Shown here: one piece after another, positions 1 through 9,160 of the stretch | Layout of the letters: each line of letters begins with the position of its first letter | Position numbering within the stretch: position 1 is the first letter of the stretch | Assembly: GCA_022568135.1 (NCBI GenBank) | Contig: JADFFQ010000041.1 | Span: forward strand, 1-24,000 | Direction: 5' to 3' | DNA length: 24,000 nucleotides | DNA from: Planctomycetota bacterium | GTDB taxonomy: Bacteria; Planctomycetota; Phycisphaerae; Phycisphaerales; SM1A02 | Notes under the pieces: generated by a model | The model's input: only the letters and a program-made list of their open reading frames with translations | The model's database searches: none | Told to the model about the DNA's origin: nothing | Program-made: the position numbers and the translations under genes

Positions 1-351
1 AATGGACCCGTCTATTCTTCCGATTAACATATAAGCCAGTTGATTTTGCCTTCTAACCCATTAAGGTTTATCATTTAGGGAAAATTACTCCTTACGATTT
101 GGAGGAGGGACTTTTTCATGGTCGGCGAGACCATCAGCCATTACCATGGGTCGGGCCTGTATATCGGCTTGAGGAATAGTCTGATCTCGGAAGGGGATGC
201 AGTATGAAGGGGGTTGGCTTGGAGACAGTCTTCCGCAGAGAAAAGGGGGTAGTCCCGTCTCTCGTCAGGTTTATTATCCACCGCACTTCTTCTTTTCTGA
301 AAGTCCCTAGACTTCAATGTGACTGTCTGCTGCTTCTTTGCAAGAGAAGCC

Positions 352-1119
352 CTATTTCCCAGCAAACTGGGGACCGAGCCCAGCTTCAAGCGCTCTAGTT
401 ACTAGCGTGTCGTGTCCCAAATACAGCACAATCAATCTACCTCTCTTGTAAAAGTGGGGTGTCGCAACCCAATGCACCATTGTTGTTGGGGGGCGGCCGA
501 ACGCAGAACCGTCAGGAGAGATATGTTCCGCCTCAGCATCCGCAGCTGCCACATCCGCGTGCTCAAAGACGTGAACTTCACCTCCATTGACGGTGATTAC
601 CTGGCTCTCAACCGAGAAGAAGGCTTGCGACACTTTACCAAAGGGCTCTACGCTAGCTCCGGCTGAACGCAAATGATCTATTAAGGTCTCGTAATCTATG
701 ACCGCTCCGTCAGGTTTGAGGAAAACTATTACGCCACCTGTTGCTTGCACTGGATAGGATTCTGCGACAGGTCCTGTAAACCATGCCTCCGCGCGATGCC
801 CGATCTGTAGCTCGGTAAATGACGCCGGGATCAGGTCCTGTTTGTGCCGTTTGAAAATCTTGGTTTTGTTGGTGATGCGGACCCGAGCTTTGGCTGATCC
901 CCAGTTTTCTTCTGGATTTTCCTCGATGAGAATTGTACCAATGGTGTTCGTTGCTACATCAGATCCGGAGTGAGTGGAGGCCTGCGGATCACCGGCATCC
1001 GCCAATCTGGCAGGCCGCGCGGTATACACGCGACATCCTTGCTGCCCCAGCCGCCCTGACGCCCGCGCCAGGATGCTCTTCGCTGGCACCGGCCTTGCCA
1101 GACTTAGCACTGGACTCAC
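352..1119 (-). CDS. hypothetical protein with DUF3221-like domain (start uncertain)
   Basis: 255-codon ORF with protein-like composition. The segment ...[24 protein letters not shown] resembles the ESYPxQA motif of DUF3221/YobA-like domains (from memory). The C-terminal half ([23 protein letters not shown]...[11 protein letters not shown]) resembles uncharacterised Chloroflexi/Firmicutes-type proteins. The only upstream start is GTG 1119, which lies in high-GC DNA 57 bp from dnaK. There is no convincing signal peptide or lipobox. Confidence 0.5.
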   Translation of the reverse strand: MSPVLSLARPVPAKSILARASGRLGQQGCRVYTARPARLADAGDPQASTHSGSDVATNTIGTILIEENPEENWGSAKARVRITNKTKIFKRHKQDLIPASFTELQIGHRAEAWFTGPVAESYPVQATGGVIVFLKPDGAVIDYETLIDHLRSAGASVEPFGKVSQAFFSVESQVITVNGGEVHVFEHADVAAADAEAEHISPDGSAFGRPPTTMVHWVATPHFYKRGRLIVLYLGHDTLVTRALEAGLGPQFAGK

Positions 1120-1175
1120 GCGCGGGCCGAGCCGCGCGCGGATTTCCCAACATTTCCATCAGGAAGGTGGACACT

Positions 1176-3086
1176 ATGTCAAAGATCATCGGCATCGACC
1201 TGGGCACAACCAACTCCGTGGTCGCCATCATGGAAGGCGCCCAACCCAAGGTGCTCATCAACTCGACCGGCAATCGGATTACGCCGTCCGTCGTGGGCTT
1301 CACCGACAAGGGCGAGCGGCTCGTCGGCCAACCCGCCAGGCACCAACAGGTCACCAACCCCAAGAACACCGTCTTCTCCATCAAGCGGTTGATGGGCAGG
1401 CGTCACCACGAAGTGCAGGAAGAAGAGAAGCTCGTTCCCTACGAGGTGGTGGGAGCCGCGGACCAGCCGGTGAAGGTGAAGGTCCGCAACAAGCTCTACA
1501 CGCCGCAGGAGGTCTCCGCCATGATCCTGCGCGACCTCAAGAAGACCGCGGAGGATTACCTGGGCGAGAAGATCGACCGGGCCGTCATCACCGTCCCCGC
1601 CTACTTCAACGACTCGCAGCGGACAGCCACCAAGGAGGCAGGCGAGATCGCCGGGCTCACCGTCGAGCGCATTATCAATGAGCCGACCGCCGCCGCCTTG
1701 GCCTACGGCCTGGAGAAGAAGAAAACCGCCAAGATCGCCGTGTTCGACTTCGGCGGCGGCACCTTCGACATCTCGATCCTCGACATCGGCGAGGGTGTGT
1801 TCGAGGTCCTCAGCACCCACGGCGATACCCACCTCGGCGGCGATGACCTCGATCAGCGGATCATCGAATTTGTGGCCGAGGAATTCCGCAAGGCCCAAGG
1901 CATTGACCTGCGCAAAGACGCCATGGCTCTGCAACGGCTCAAGGAAGCCGCCGAGAAAGCCAAGTGCGAGCTCAGCCAGCAGATGGAGACCTCCATCAAC
2001 CTGCCCTTCATCACCGCCGATCAGCAGGGTCCAAAGCATCTGCAACAGACGATCACTCGCGTCAAGTTCGAGTCGTTGTGCGAAGACCTGTTTGATCGCC
2101 TGCGGGGCCCGTGCAGAACCGCAATCGAAGACGCCAAGCTCAAGCCCAGCGACATCGAGGAGGTGGTGATGGTCGGCGGCTCCACCCGCATCCCCAAGGT
2201 GCAGGAAATCGCCAAGGAGATCTTTCAGGCCGAATCATTGGACAAGTCAATCAACCCGGACGAGGTCGTGGCGATCGGGGCCGCGATCCAGGGTGGGGTG
2301 CTCGTCGGGGAGGTCAAGGACGTCCTGCTGCTGGATGTGACCCCCCTGAGCCTGGGCGTGGAAACGCTTGGCGGCGTGCTGACCAGGCTCATCGAGAAAA
2401 ACACCACCATCCCCACCTCCAAGAAGGAGATCTTCTCCACCGCGGCCGACAGCCAGACCTCGGTGACCATTCACGTGCTTCAGGGCGAGCGCGAGTTCGC
2501 CCGGGACAACCGCACACTGGGTCGCTTCGACTTGACCGAGATTCCGCCGTCGCCTCGCGGTCTGCCACAGATCGAAGTGGAGTTCTCCATCGACGCCAAC
2601 GGCATCCTGAACGTATCCGCCACCGACAAGGCCACCTCCAAGAGCCAGTCCATCGAGATCACCGGCTCCACGGGTCTTTCGGAACAGGAGATCGAAAAGA
2701 TGAAGACCGAAGCTCAGGAGCACGCCATCGAGGACAAGGCCCGCCGGGAACTGGTGGACCTCAAGAACCAGGCTGAGCACCTCGTCTATACCACCCGCAA
2801 GTCGCTCGAAGAGCACGGCGAAAAGGTCTCAGCCGAGGCCCGCGGCAGCATCGAATCCGCGATCTCCAACCTCGAAGACAAGATCAAGGAAGATGACAAA
2901 GCTGCGATCGAGGCGGCGCTCAAGCAGCTCAACGACGCCGCGATCGAACTGGGCAAGGCCGTCTACGAGGCCACCTCGTCCACCGTCGGCGCCGGCTCCA
3001 CTGAAGGCGCCCCCGACGCGTCAGTCGAATCGAAACCGGATGAAGATGTCATCGACGCCGAGTACGAGGTCAAGGACGATACGTAA
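1176..3086 (+). CDS. dnaK: molecular chaperone DnaK (Hsp70)
   Basis: ORF 933..3086 trimmed to ATG 1176 ([17 protein letters not shown]). An AGGAAGGTGG SD-like purine run lies at 1161-1170. Hsp70 signatures [16 protein letters not shown] and VGGSTRIP are present, with an acidic C-terminal tail ...[10 protein letters not shown]. Confidence 0.97.
   Translation: MSKIIGIDLGTTNSVVAIMEGAQPKVLINSTGNRITPSVVGFTDKGERLVGQPARHQQVTNPKNTVFSIKRLMGRRHHEVQEEEKLVPYEVVGAADQPVKVKVRNKLYTPQEVSAMILRDLKKTAEDYLGEKIDRAVITVPAYFNDSQRTATKEAGEIAGLTVERIINEPTAAALAYGLEKKKTAKIAVFDFGGGTFDISILDIGEGVFEVLSTHGDTHLGGDDLDQRIIEFVAEEFRKAQGIDLRKDAMALQRLKEAAEKAKCELSQQMETSINLPFITADQQGPKHLQQTITRVKFESLCEDLFDRLRGPCRTAIEDAKLKPSDIEEVVMVGGSTRIPKVQEIAKEIFQAESLDKSINPDEVVAIGAAIQGGVLVGEVKDVLLLDVTPLSLGVETLGGVLTRLIEKNTTIPTSKKEIFSTAADSQTSVTIHVLQGEREFARDNRTLGRFDLTEIPPSPRGLPQIEVEFSIDANGILNVSATDKATSKSQSIEITGSTGLSEQEIEKMKTEAQEHAIEDKARRELVDLKNQAEHLVYTTRKSLEEHGEKVSAEARGSIESAISNLEDKIKEDDKAAIEAALKQLNDAAIELGKAVYEATSSTVGAGSTEGAPDASVESKPDEDVIDAEYEVKDDT
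2936..3086 (+). repeat. direct repeat copy A (functional 3' end of dnaK, last 50 codons plus stop)
   Basis: Hand alignment to 4307-4457 gives 151 bp with no indels and 4 mismatches (2996/4367, 2999/4370, 3025/4396, 3047/4418). Confidence 0.9.
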
Positions 3087-3123
3087 CGAGGGGGGATCAA
3101 ACACACGAACGAGCCCAAGCCCC

Positions 3124-3153
3124 AAAGCCCAGGGAGTCCGTTCCCTGGGCTTT
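3124..3153 (+). terminator. stem-loop downstream of dnaK
   Basis: Perfect 12-bp stem AAAGCCCAGGGA / TCCCTGGGCTTT with a 6-nt loop GTCCGT, 38 nt after the dnaK stop. Only a short T-run follows. Confidence 0.5.
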
Positions 3154-3197
3154 GGCTCTAGGATGAGTGCGCCCACACTCGATTAACGGCTCGTCGC

Positions 3198-4193
3198 ATG
3201 CCCAATCCACGCCGCCGACGCAGGTTCTTCCGCGTAGCCTTGCGCCTCATCGCGACCCTTGCGATATTCGTCCCTGGCTGGCTCATCACACTGCGCGCCA
3301 CAAGTCCCTGGCGGGCCGTACGGACTTACACCCTCGACCTCTCTTCGACAGTGCCACAGATCACTGACCATCCGAGGCGACTTCGGGTCGCCGCATACAA
3401 CATTGCGCACGGGCGCGGTTTGGCCGAGAGCAATTGGGATGGTTCGTCCCCAGAGCGTGAGACGCGATTGGAGGAGATCGCATCCTTGCTGCGCGAGGCG
3501 CAACTCGACGTGGTCGTGCTCAACGAGGTCGACTTCAACTGCACCTGGAGCGGCGGCGTCAATCAAGCAGAGCTCATCGCTAAGGAAGCGGGATTCCCGT
3601 ACGTTGCCGAGCAGTGCAGCTACGACACCGGCCTGCCACTCTTCACCGTGCGGTTTGGCAACGCACTGTTGAGTCGATACCCGATCGTTAATGCCGAGCT
3701 CGTGGACTTCCCCACCTACTTGCAGTGGGAGGCCCTGCTCGGCGGCAAGAAGCGCGGACTTCTCTGTACGCTACAACTGAGCGAAGCGGAATCTGTGCGC
3801 GTGCTCGCGGTCCATCTGGAACATCGCGATGAGGCGACGCGGGTTGGATCAGCGCGCATGATCATCGACTTGGCGGAAGAACAAGCGACGCCGCTCATCG
3901 TGGCCGGGGATTTCAACAGCACGCCGCTGGGGTTTCCGTTGGCGCAGATCGATCATGAGGGTCACAATGCGCTCTCACTACTCCTCGGCAGCGGCTTGTT
4001 TGATACTGACCTGAAGAATGCACCCTCCCCGGATGACCTCACATTCCCCTCCGACGAGCCTTACTTCGTGATCGACTGGGTGCTCGCACCGACTGACTGG
4101 CGCACCGTGTCACGCCGCGTTGTCCGCACCGATCTGTCCGACCACCTTCCAGTGATCGTGGAATTGGAGTTGGAATCGACCCGTTCGCGCTAA
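3198..4193 (+). CDS. endonuclease/exonuclease/phosphatase (EEP) family protein, N-terminal membrane anchor
   Basis: 331 aa. An Arg-rich N-terminus is followed by a hydrophobic helix (FFRVALRLIATLAIFVPGWLI). EEP-type motifs are present: VAAYNIAHG, VVVLNEVD, LAVHLEH, VAGDFNSTP, SDHLPV. Confidence 0.85.
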   Translation: MPNPRRRRRFFRVALRLIATLAIFVPGWLITLRATSPWRAVRTYTLDLSSTVPQITDHPRRLRVAAYNIAHGRGLAESNWDGSSPERETRLEEIASLLREAQLDVVVLNEVDFNCTWSGGVNQAELIAKEAGFPYVAEQCSYDTGLPLFTVRFGNALLSRYPIVNAELVDFPTYLQWEALLGGKKRGLLCTLQLSEAESVRVLAVHLEHRDEATRVGSARMIIDLAEEQATPLIVAGDFNSTPLGFPLAQIDHEGHNALSLLLGSGLFDTDLKNAPSPDDLTFPSDEPYFVIDWVLAPTDWRTVSRRVVRTDLSDHLPVIVELELESTRSR

Positions 4194-4208
4194 GAGAGTG
4201 TTTCGGAA

Positions 4209-4232
4209 CCCTCTCCCCTTGAGGGGAGAGGG
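4209..4232 (+). terminator. stem-loop downstream of the EEP gene
   Basis: Perfect 10-bp stem CCCTCTCCCC / GGGGAGAGGG with loop TTGA, 16 nt after the EEP stop. Confidence 0.45.
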
Positions 4233-4306
4233 TCGGTCTCCACAGGCGATCATGCCATAGGCAGATCCGCCGAGGCGGACTCGCCGTGGCGAGGTGAGGG
4301 GTGATC

Positions 4307-4457
4307 CGCCGCGATCGAACTGGGCAAGGCCGTCTACGAGGCCACCTCGTCCACCGTCGGCGCCGGGTCAACTGAAGGCGCCCCCGACGCGTCAGCCGAA
4401 TCGAAACCGGATGAAGACGTCATCGACGCCGAGTACGAGGTCAAGGACGATACGTAA
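4307..4457 (+). pseudogene. orphan duplicate of the dnaK 3' end (direct repeat copy B)
   Basis: 147 of 151 positions match 2936-3086. In the dnaK frame it encodes [49 protein letters not shown]. That frame is closed by TGA at 4302-4304, so it has no start and no upstream dnaK body. Confidence 0.85.
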
Positions 4458-4490
4458 GCGCTGTGCTCGGCAGACCGCATCGCACACACC

Positions 4491-4526
4491 GAAGCCCACG
4501 GGCTCGAGCCCGTGGGCTTCTTCATT
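4491..4526 (+). terminator. palindromic stem-loop after the orphan dnaK end
   Basis: GAAGCCCACGGGC TCGA GCCCGTGGGCTTC is a 13-bp perfect stem (a full 30-nt palindrome), followed by the T-rich TTCATT. Confidence 0.6.
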
Positions 4527-4563
4527 GCCCCGGCGGGCCGCAGTTCACCGACTACATCCTCGT

Positions 4564-6057
4564 ATGATGCCGGACGTGTCCAGCGAGCAGCACGGTTCAC
4601 GTCCGTCGCCGGCCATGGCGACAATCGTAATCCTGGCGATGCTCTCCCTGGCCGCGCTTGTCGTCGCGTTGGCGAGAATGCGGATTGATCGCTCGGCGAC
4701 CATCGAGGCAGGGCAGGCCAACCTTGCGGCGCTTTGGCCGTTTTGGATTGCCTCCGGCTGCGGCTGGGCGTCGTTGACTGCGCTATGGCTGCTGCTTCGC
4801 CGAACCGCGAATCGCTCCGGGCACGCGCGGATTGGACGCTCGGTGCTGCTGATCCTCACCGTCGCCGTGGTGGCTCGGGTGGCGGTGTTGTTCACCCACG
4901 AGCCGGCCCTGAGCGATGATGTGTACCGCTACGTCTTCGACGGCCGAAACGCCGCTGCCGGGATCAACCCCTACCTGAAAGCGCCGGATGAATCCTTCGG
5001 CGTCACCGAGGATGCCGCAGAGGACTGGCCAGGCCAGGCCAATCTGCTGCCGCTGATCAACTTCCCGCAGCTTCACACGATCTATTTGCCGGCCAGCCAG
5101 TGGGTGTTCGCATCAACGGGGCTGGCGATCATGGATGACTGGTCCGATCCGAACTCCAGCGCACGAGTGTTTCGCGCGGTGTTCATTGGGTTCGACCTCG
5201 CGGTGATCATCGGGCTGCTGATCGCGTTGGCCCGTGCCGGCAGATCCCCGTGGTGGGCGGTGCTGTACGCCTGGCACCCTCTGCCGATTGCTGAGTTCGC
5301 CGGCTCCGGACATCTGGACAGCCTCGGCATCGCGCTGCTGGTGGGAGCTCTGCTGGCATACACGAAGGCGCCGCAGAAGATCTGGGAATGGACGGTGATG
5401 CTGGCCGTGGGAACGCTGGTGAAGCCCGTGGTCCTGCCGGTCGCGGCGCTTCTGCTCAAGGGCAGGCCGTGGCCGGCTTGGGCGCGCAGCCTCGCCATCG
5501 GCGCAACCGTGTGCGTGTTCATCGCCGGGCCCCTGTGGCTGACGCACGATGCCCAGCCGCTGAAGAACATGGTCTCCACGGCTGAGTTCTTCACCCTCAA
5601 GTGGGCCCACTTCGGAAGCATCTACGAGCCGATGCTGTGGACGATCGAGAAGGCTCAGCACCAGTGGACCAACGACCAGCAGGAGGTTCTCGCCCGGCGG
5701 CTCTGTATTGCGATGGTCGTGGCCGTGGTGGTGGTCGTCTGGCTGCGGAGCCGCGACGTGTGGGGGGGGTCTCGAATGATTCTCTTCGCCATGGTGCTCT
5801 TGTCGCCAGCCGCCCACCCGTGGTATCTGCTGTGGTCACTGGCCCTAATGCCGATGACCCGCAGCGGGGCGTTGTGGATTGCCTCGCTGACCCTGCCCTG
5901 GGGCTATGTGGTCCTGGGCGACGTGGTGAGTTGGTCGGCATCGCCGTGGGTCATGGTCGCGGCGTATCTGCCGGTGTACGCTGCGCTGGTGTTCGACGCC
6001 GCCAAGGGTTTAGCCGTCGCTCGTAGAGCGACGCGCGGCTCTGCGAGCCGCGGCTGA
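4564..6057 (+). CDS. polytopic membrane protein, GT-C-like glycosyltransferase (DUF2029 / GT87 / PIG-V-like)
   Basis: ORF 4294..6057 trimmed to ATG 4564 (alternative ATG 4615). The upstream part is an out-of-frame read through the dnaK remnant. There are many hydrophobic helices. The loop motif after the first helices, HEPALSDDVYRYVFDGRNAAAGINPY, resembles the SDDxxRYxWDG motif I associate with DUF2029/mannosyltransferase-like families (from memory). Confidence 0.55.
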   Translation: MMPDVSSEQHGSRPSPAMATIVILAMLSLAALVVALARMRIDRSATIEAGQANLAALWPFWIASGCGWASLTALWLLLRRTANRSGHARIGRSVLLILTVAVVARVAVLFTHEPALSDDVYRYVFDGRNAAAGINPYLKAPDESFGVTEDAAEDWPGQANLLPLINFPQLHTIYLPASQWVFASTGLAIMDDWSDPNSSARVFRAVFIGFDLAVIIGLLIALARAGRSPWWAVLYAWHPLPIAEFAGSGHLDSLGIALLVGALLAYTKAPQKIWEWTVMLAVGTLVKPVVLPVAALLLKGRPWPAWARSLAIGATVCVFIAGPLWLTHDAQPLKNMVSTAEFFTLKWAHFGSIYEPMLWTIEKAQHQWTNDQQEVLARRLCIAMVVAVVVVVWLRSRDVWGGSRMILFAMVLLSPAAHPWYLLWSLALMPMTRSGALWIASLTLPWGYVVLGDVVSWSASPWVMVAAYLPVYAALVFDAAKGLAVARRATRGSASRG

Positions 6058-6072
6058 ACGACGAGGATCGCC

Positions 6073-7191
6073 ATGCAGGTTGCACGAGTCATCGAGGTAC
6101 TGGAGTCGATCGCGCCGCTGGAATGCGCGGCCGAGTGGGATAACGTCGGTCTCCTCATCGGTTCGACGAAGTGGCGGGCGAACTCGATCATGCTCACGAT
6201 CGATCTGACCGAAGCGGTGCTGCACGAAGCGATCGAGGCCGGCTCGCGGATGATCGTGTCGTATCACCCGCCGATCTTTGAGCCGCTCACCGCACTGACT
6301 GCCGCCGTGCCCAAGCAACGAATCGCGCTGGAGGCGGTGCGGGCGAAAATCGCGGTGTACTCGCCGCACACCGCCCTCGACGCGGCGCCGGGCGGGATCA
6401 ACGACTGGATCGCATCGGGACTCGGCCACGGCGACGTTCGGCCGCTGCACGTGTATGAATCGCTTCCAGAGACCGAGCAGTGCAAGATCGTCACGTTCTG
6501 CCCGGCCGACGCGGTCGATCGGCTGCGCAACGCCCTGGCCACGGTCGGGGCGGGGCGGATCGGCCGATACGAGCTGTGCTCCTTCGAGATCAAGGGAACG
6601 GGGACGTTCTTCGGCGGCGAGGGAGCCCGCCCGCGGGTGGGGCGCACCGGAGCCCTGCAGCACGTTGATGAGATCCGCCTGGAGATGGTCTGCCCGCAGG
6701 CGTCGCTGGCGCTGGCCGTCACGACGCTTCGGCAATTCCATCCGTACGAGGAGCCGCCGATTGAAATCTATCAACTCCTGCCGCGCCCCCGGCGAGACAC
6801 CGGCCAGGGTCGAAGGGTCGTCCTCGACCGCAAGGTCCCGCTTCGCGCGCTCATCGAGCGTATCAAGCAACGCCTGGGCGTTGATCAGCTTCAAGTCGCC
6901 GCGGCGCACGGCGGGCCGCGCCGTTACGGCACGATCGGGCTGTGCGCGGGAGCGGGTGGATCGTTGCTTGAAGCTGCGGTCAAGCAAGGCTGCCAACTCT
7001 TTCTGACCGGTGAGATGCGCCACCACGACGTGCTGGCCGCGCAAGCCGACGGCTGCACGGTCATCCTCGCCGGCCACACCAACACTGAACGCGGCTACCT
7101 CAAAGTGCTTCGCAAACGGCTGCGGGCAACGCTGCCGGACGCAACCGTGATCATCTCCAAGAAGGACGTCAATCCTCTGCGGGCGATGTAA
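6073..7191 (+). CDS. Nif3-like dinuclear metal center protein (NIF3/YbgI family, long form with inserted domain)
   Basis: 372 aa. GAGGA lies 5 nt before the ATG and 15 nt after the upstream gene. NIF3 motifs are present: EWDNVGLLIG, VSYHPPIF, VYSPHTALD, LTGEMRHHD, AGHTNTERGY. Confidence 0.85.
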   Translation: MQVARVIEVLESIAPLECAAEWDNVGLLIGSTKWRANSIMLTIDLTEAVLHEAIEAGSRMIVSYHPPIFEPLTALTAAVPKQRIALEAVRAKIAVYSPHTALDAAPGGINDWIASGLGHGDVRPLHVYESLPETEQCKIVTFCPADAVDRLRNALATVGAGRIGRYELCSFEIKGTGTFFGGEGARPRVGRTGALQHVDEIRLEMVCPQASLALAVTTLRQFHPYEEPPIEIYQLLPRPRRDTGQGRRVVLDRKVPLRALIERIKQRLGVDQLQVAAAHGGPRRYGTIGLCAGAGGSLLEAAVKQGCQLFLTGEMRHHDVLAAQADGCTVILAGHTNTERGYLKVLRKRLRATLPDATVIISKKDVNPLRAM

Positions 7192-7199
7192 AACGTCGG

Positions 7200-7217
7200 T
7201 TGGGCTCTCAGAGCCAA
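7200..7217. terminator. weak hairpin between convergent genes
   Basis: TTGGGCTC TCA GAGCCAA gives 5 bp, a bulge, then 2 bp. It lies in the 33-bp gap between the NIF3 stop (7191) and the stop of the minus-strand gene (7225). Confidence 0.25.
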
Positions 7218-7224
7218 TCTGCCG

Positions 7225-9054
7225 CTAAGGCTTCTTCGGCTCTTTGTGTTTCTTGAGAATCTCGTCGAGCAGATCGCCCAGCGGGATGCCGGTGTCTTTC
7301 AGGGCGTCGTTGAGCAGCCCGCGGAATCCTGACTCCAACGCCGCCTGGGCCAGATCGAAATCCGGATCAATCTCGGTCTTGAGCTTGCCGAACTCGCCGC
7401 GGGTGACCAGCGGGACAATGACCCTGTCCGCGTAGCCGCGCAGCTCCTTGACGCTCATCGCCAGGGCTTGAAGCGGAATCTCGGTTCTCAAGTCCACGGT
7501 CCGCGTGTTGAGGTCGATTCGGCCGGAATAGACGAGCGTGTACTGATCGATCTTCACCTCGAACCGCTCGTAGGTGATGATTCCATTGCGAATCCTGGCC
7601 ACGATCGGGTCGATCCGGCCGGGAATGGTCCGGGCGTTGGCCGAGTTGAATAACGTCAACAGCGCCAACGTCACCGAGCCGCTGTCAAGCTCGACGGCGC
7701 CGATGGTGATCTCGAGATCGGCGTTGAGGCGACTGACATCACCATCCAGCGGGATGGTCCCATCGCTTATCGTGGCGCGCAGGGGCTGCTCGGTGCTGCG
7801 GATGTCCGCCAGGACGGGGTGAATCTTGTATAACAGGCGATCGCGTAGCGCCGGCGTGATCTCAAGCTCTGCGTGCATTGGTGCAGCGTTGGTGATCCGC
7901 AGAGCGTTGTTGCGACCGTTGACGCGACCTTCGAGCCAGCCGTTGGGCGTGTCAATGCGGGCCTGCAGATTGCCGGTGGTCCGCGAGAATCTGGTGGCTG
8001 TGGCCTGGGCGTCCATCGTCGGTCCCACCGCCGCCACGAGCATCCCCCCCAGCCCGGCGAACGCATCAACCACGCGCGTGGGCACGCCATGGGCGCTGAC
8101 CGTGATATCAAGCCGCGCCAGGTCGGCCGAGACCCCTTGCTGGTTGAGAAGTCCGCCCAGTGTACCGTCCAGCTCGATCAGCTCCGCCTCGGCTGCCCCG
8201 GGCACGATCACCTCGCCGGTGACCGACACCTTGATGCCCTCAGCCAAGCTGTCGCTGGTTGCGAGAACCTTCAACGAGCGCAGGGCCGTTGCCTGATCAT
8301 TGGGCGGCGCCGGCAGATTGCTCAGCTGGATATCGATCCGCCCCGATGCGCGAGGGAGCGTCAAGACGCCGTCGCTGTCGAACAACCGCGTGATTTCGCC
8401 CGACACATCGAGCGTTCCCGCAAGGTCTCCGCCCGTCGCGTTGCTATGAACCTCCAGCGTGACCTGATCTGGGCCGCGGTAGGCCAGTTCGCCGGTGAGG
8501 TTGTCGAATACAAGCGTTCGCTGCGAAGCGGCGTCGCGCAACCGCACCGTCAGGCCGTTGATCCGCAGTGTTGTTGCGGGCAGGCCTTTCAGCGTGATCG
8601 GCTTCTTCTGGTCCGGCCCGCGTCGAGGCTTGTCAGCGGCATCGGAATCACTGCCGACAAACAGATCTCCGAAGCTGGTCGAACCATCCTCGCGCAGCTC
8701 GCCGCTCAAGGTGCCCGACAGGTCGATCTCAACCGCATCCAGACGTCGCGTCAGCAGGCCGAACAGCCCAGCGCTCGCCCCGACATCGAGCCGCACAACC
8801 TCTTCGCCGCCGGCATCGGTGATCGAGAACCCTTCGACAGCCTGCGACCCGAACCACGCCAGCGTGAGCCTGTCAAAGGCAACGGTGCCGTTGATCCGCC
8901 GCTGCAGCGCCCGTTGGATGAGACCGTGGCCCAGCCCCCAACTGACAAGCGTCGGGCCCAGCGCAACGAGCAGCACAAGCACACCCCCCAGGCCGATGAG
9001 AACGGCCACGGCCTTCTTCCGCCGGCGACGTGGTCTGTCTGCGGGCTGTGACAT
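7225..9054 (-). CDS. membrane-anchored AsmA-like / DUF748-like hypothetical protein
   Basis: 609 aa. The N-terminus is RRRRKK followed by a TM helix (AVAVLIGLGGVLVLLVALGPTLV). The rest is a long beta-rich, G/T/L/D-rich body resembling the AsmA/TamB-like family. The overlapping + ORF 7873..9051 is Arg-rich shadow. Confidence 0.6.
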   Translation of the reverse strand: MSQPADRPRRRRKKAVAVLIGLGGVLVLLVALGPTLVSWGLGHGLIQRALQRRINGTVAFDRLTLAWFGSQAVEGFSITDAGGEEVVRLDVGASAGLFGLLTRRLDAVEIDLSGTLSGELREDGSTSFGDLFVGSDSDAADKPRRGPDQKKPITLKGLPATTLRINGLTVRLRDAASQRTLVFDNLTGELAYRGPDQVTLEVHSNATGGDLAGTLDVSGEITRLFDSDGVLTLPRASGRIDIQLSNLPAPPNDQATALRSLKVLATSDSLAEGIKVSVTGEVIVPGAAEAELIELDGTLGGLLNQQGVSADLARLDITVSAHGVPTRVVDAFAGLGGMLVAAVGPTMDAQATATRFSRTTGNLQARIDTPNGWLEGRVNGRNNALRITNAAPMHAELEITPALRDRLLYKIHPVLADIRSTEQPLRATISDGTIPLDGDVSRLNADLEITIGAVELDSGSVTLALLTLFNSANARTIPGRIDPIVARIRNGIITYERFEVKIDQYTLVYSGRIDLNTRTVDLRTEIPLQALAMSVKELRGYADRVIVPLVTRGEFGKLKTEIDPDFDLAQAALESGFRGLLNDALKDTGIPLGDLLDEILKKHKEPKKP

Positions 9055-9160
9055 CGCGCCTCACCAGGCTCACAATGATTCGGCTGGCAATCGCCCGGCC
9101 GAGCGTATCCACATAGTAGTGCGCTTTGCAAACGCCTGGCCGGCTTCGGGATCGCCTTGA

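Noticed and set aside
118-398. 29-codon ORF (118-207) behind a strong GGAGGAGGG SD, ATGA-coupled to ORF 204..398; its N-terminus MVGETISHY faintly recalls kinase/TPR protein N-termini
   Set aside because: It is too short, with no supporting motif beyond five residues, and it overlaps the 3' end of the minus-strand gene. It is mentioned only under the compositional-break finding.
1104-1111. TTAGCACT upstream of dnaK, resembling the left half of a CIRCE (TTAGCACTC-N9-GAGTGCTAA) HrcA operator
   Set aside because: No matching right half-site (GAGTGCTAA) is found 9 nt downstream or nearby. A single half-site is not evidence.
933-1175. 81-codon N-terminal extension of the dnaK ORF in the supplied track
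   Set aside because: The canonical Hsp70 N-terminus [14 protein letters not shown] starts at ATG 1176 and has an SD-like purine run just upstream. The extension is Arg/Pro/Ala-rich junk.
2936-4457. The possibility that the 151-bp repeat is an assembly artefact (151 nt equals a common read length)
   Set aside because: The copies are internal to the contig. They differ at four positions and have different flanks and terminators, which is unlike k-mer or read-overlap artefacts. Read mapping is still the decisive check.
4294-4563. N-terminal 90 codons of ORF 4294..6057
   Set aside because: This part is a +1-frame read through the duplicated dnaK terminus. It gives the same peptide as shadow ORF 2893..3186 ([17 protein letters not shown]...). 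The membrane protein more plausibly starts at ATG 4564 or 4615.
6010-7077. Long antisense ORFs opposite real genes: 6010..7077(-), 1179..2045(-), 7873..9051(+), 11287..12399(-), 13107..14522(-), 15876..16610(-), 21076..21936(+), 22690..23706(+), 9608..10279(-)
   Set aside because: These are typical high-GC shadow ORFs. They have extreme Arg/Pro/Gly/His composition and no recognisable motifs. Each fully overlaps a gene with strong family signatures on the other strand.
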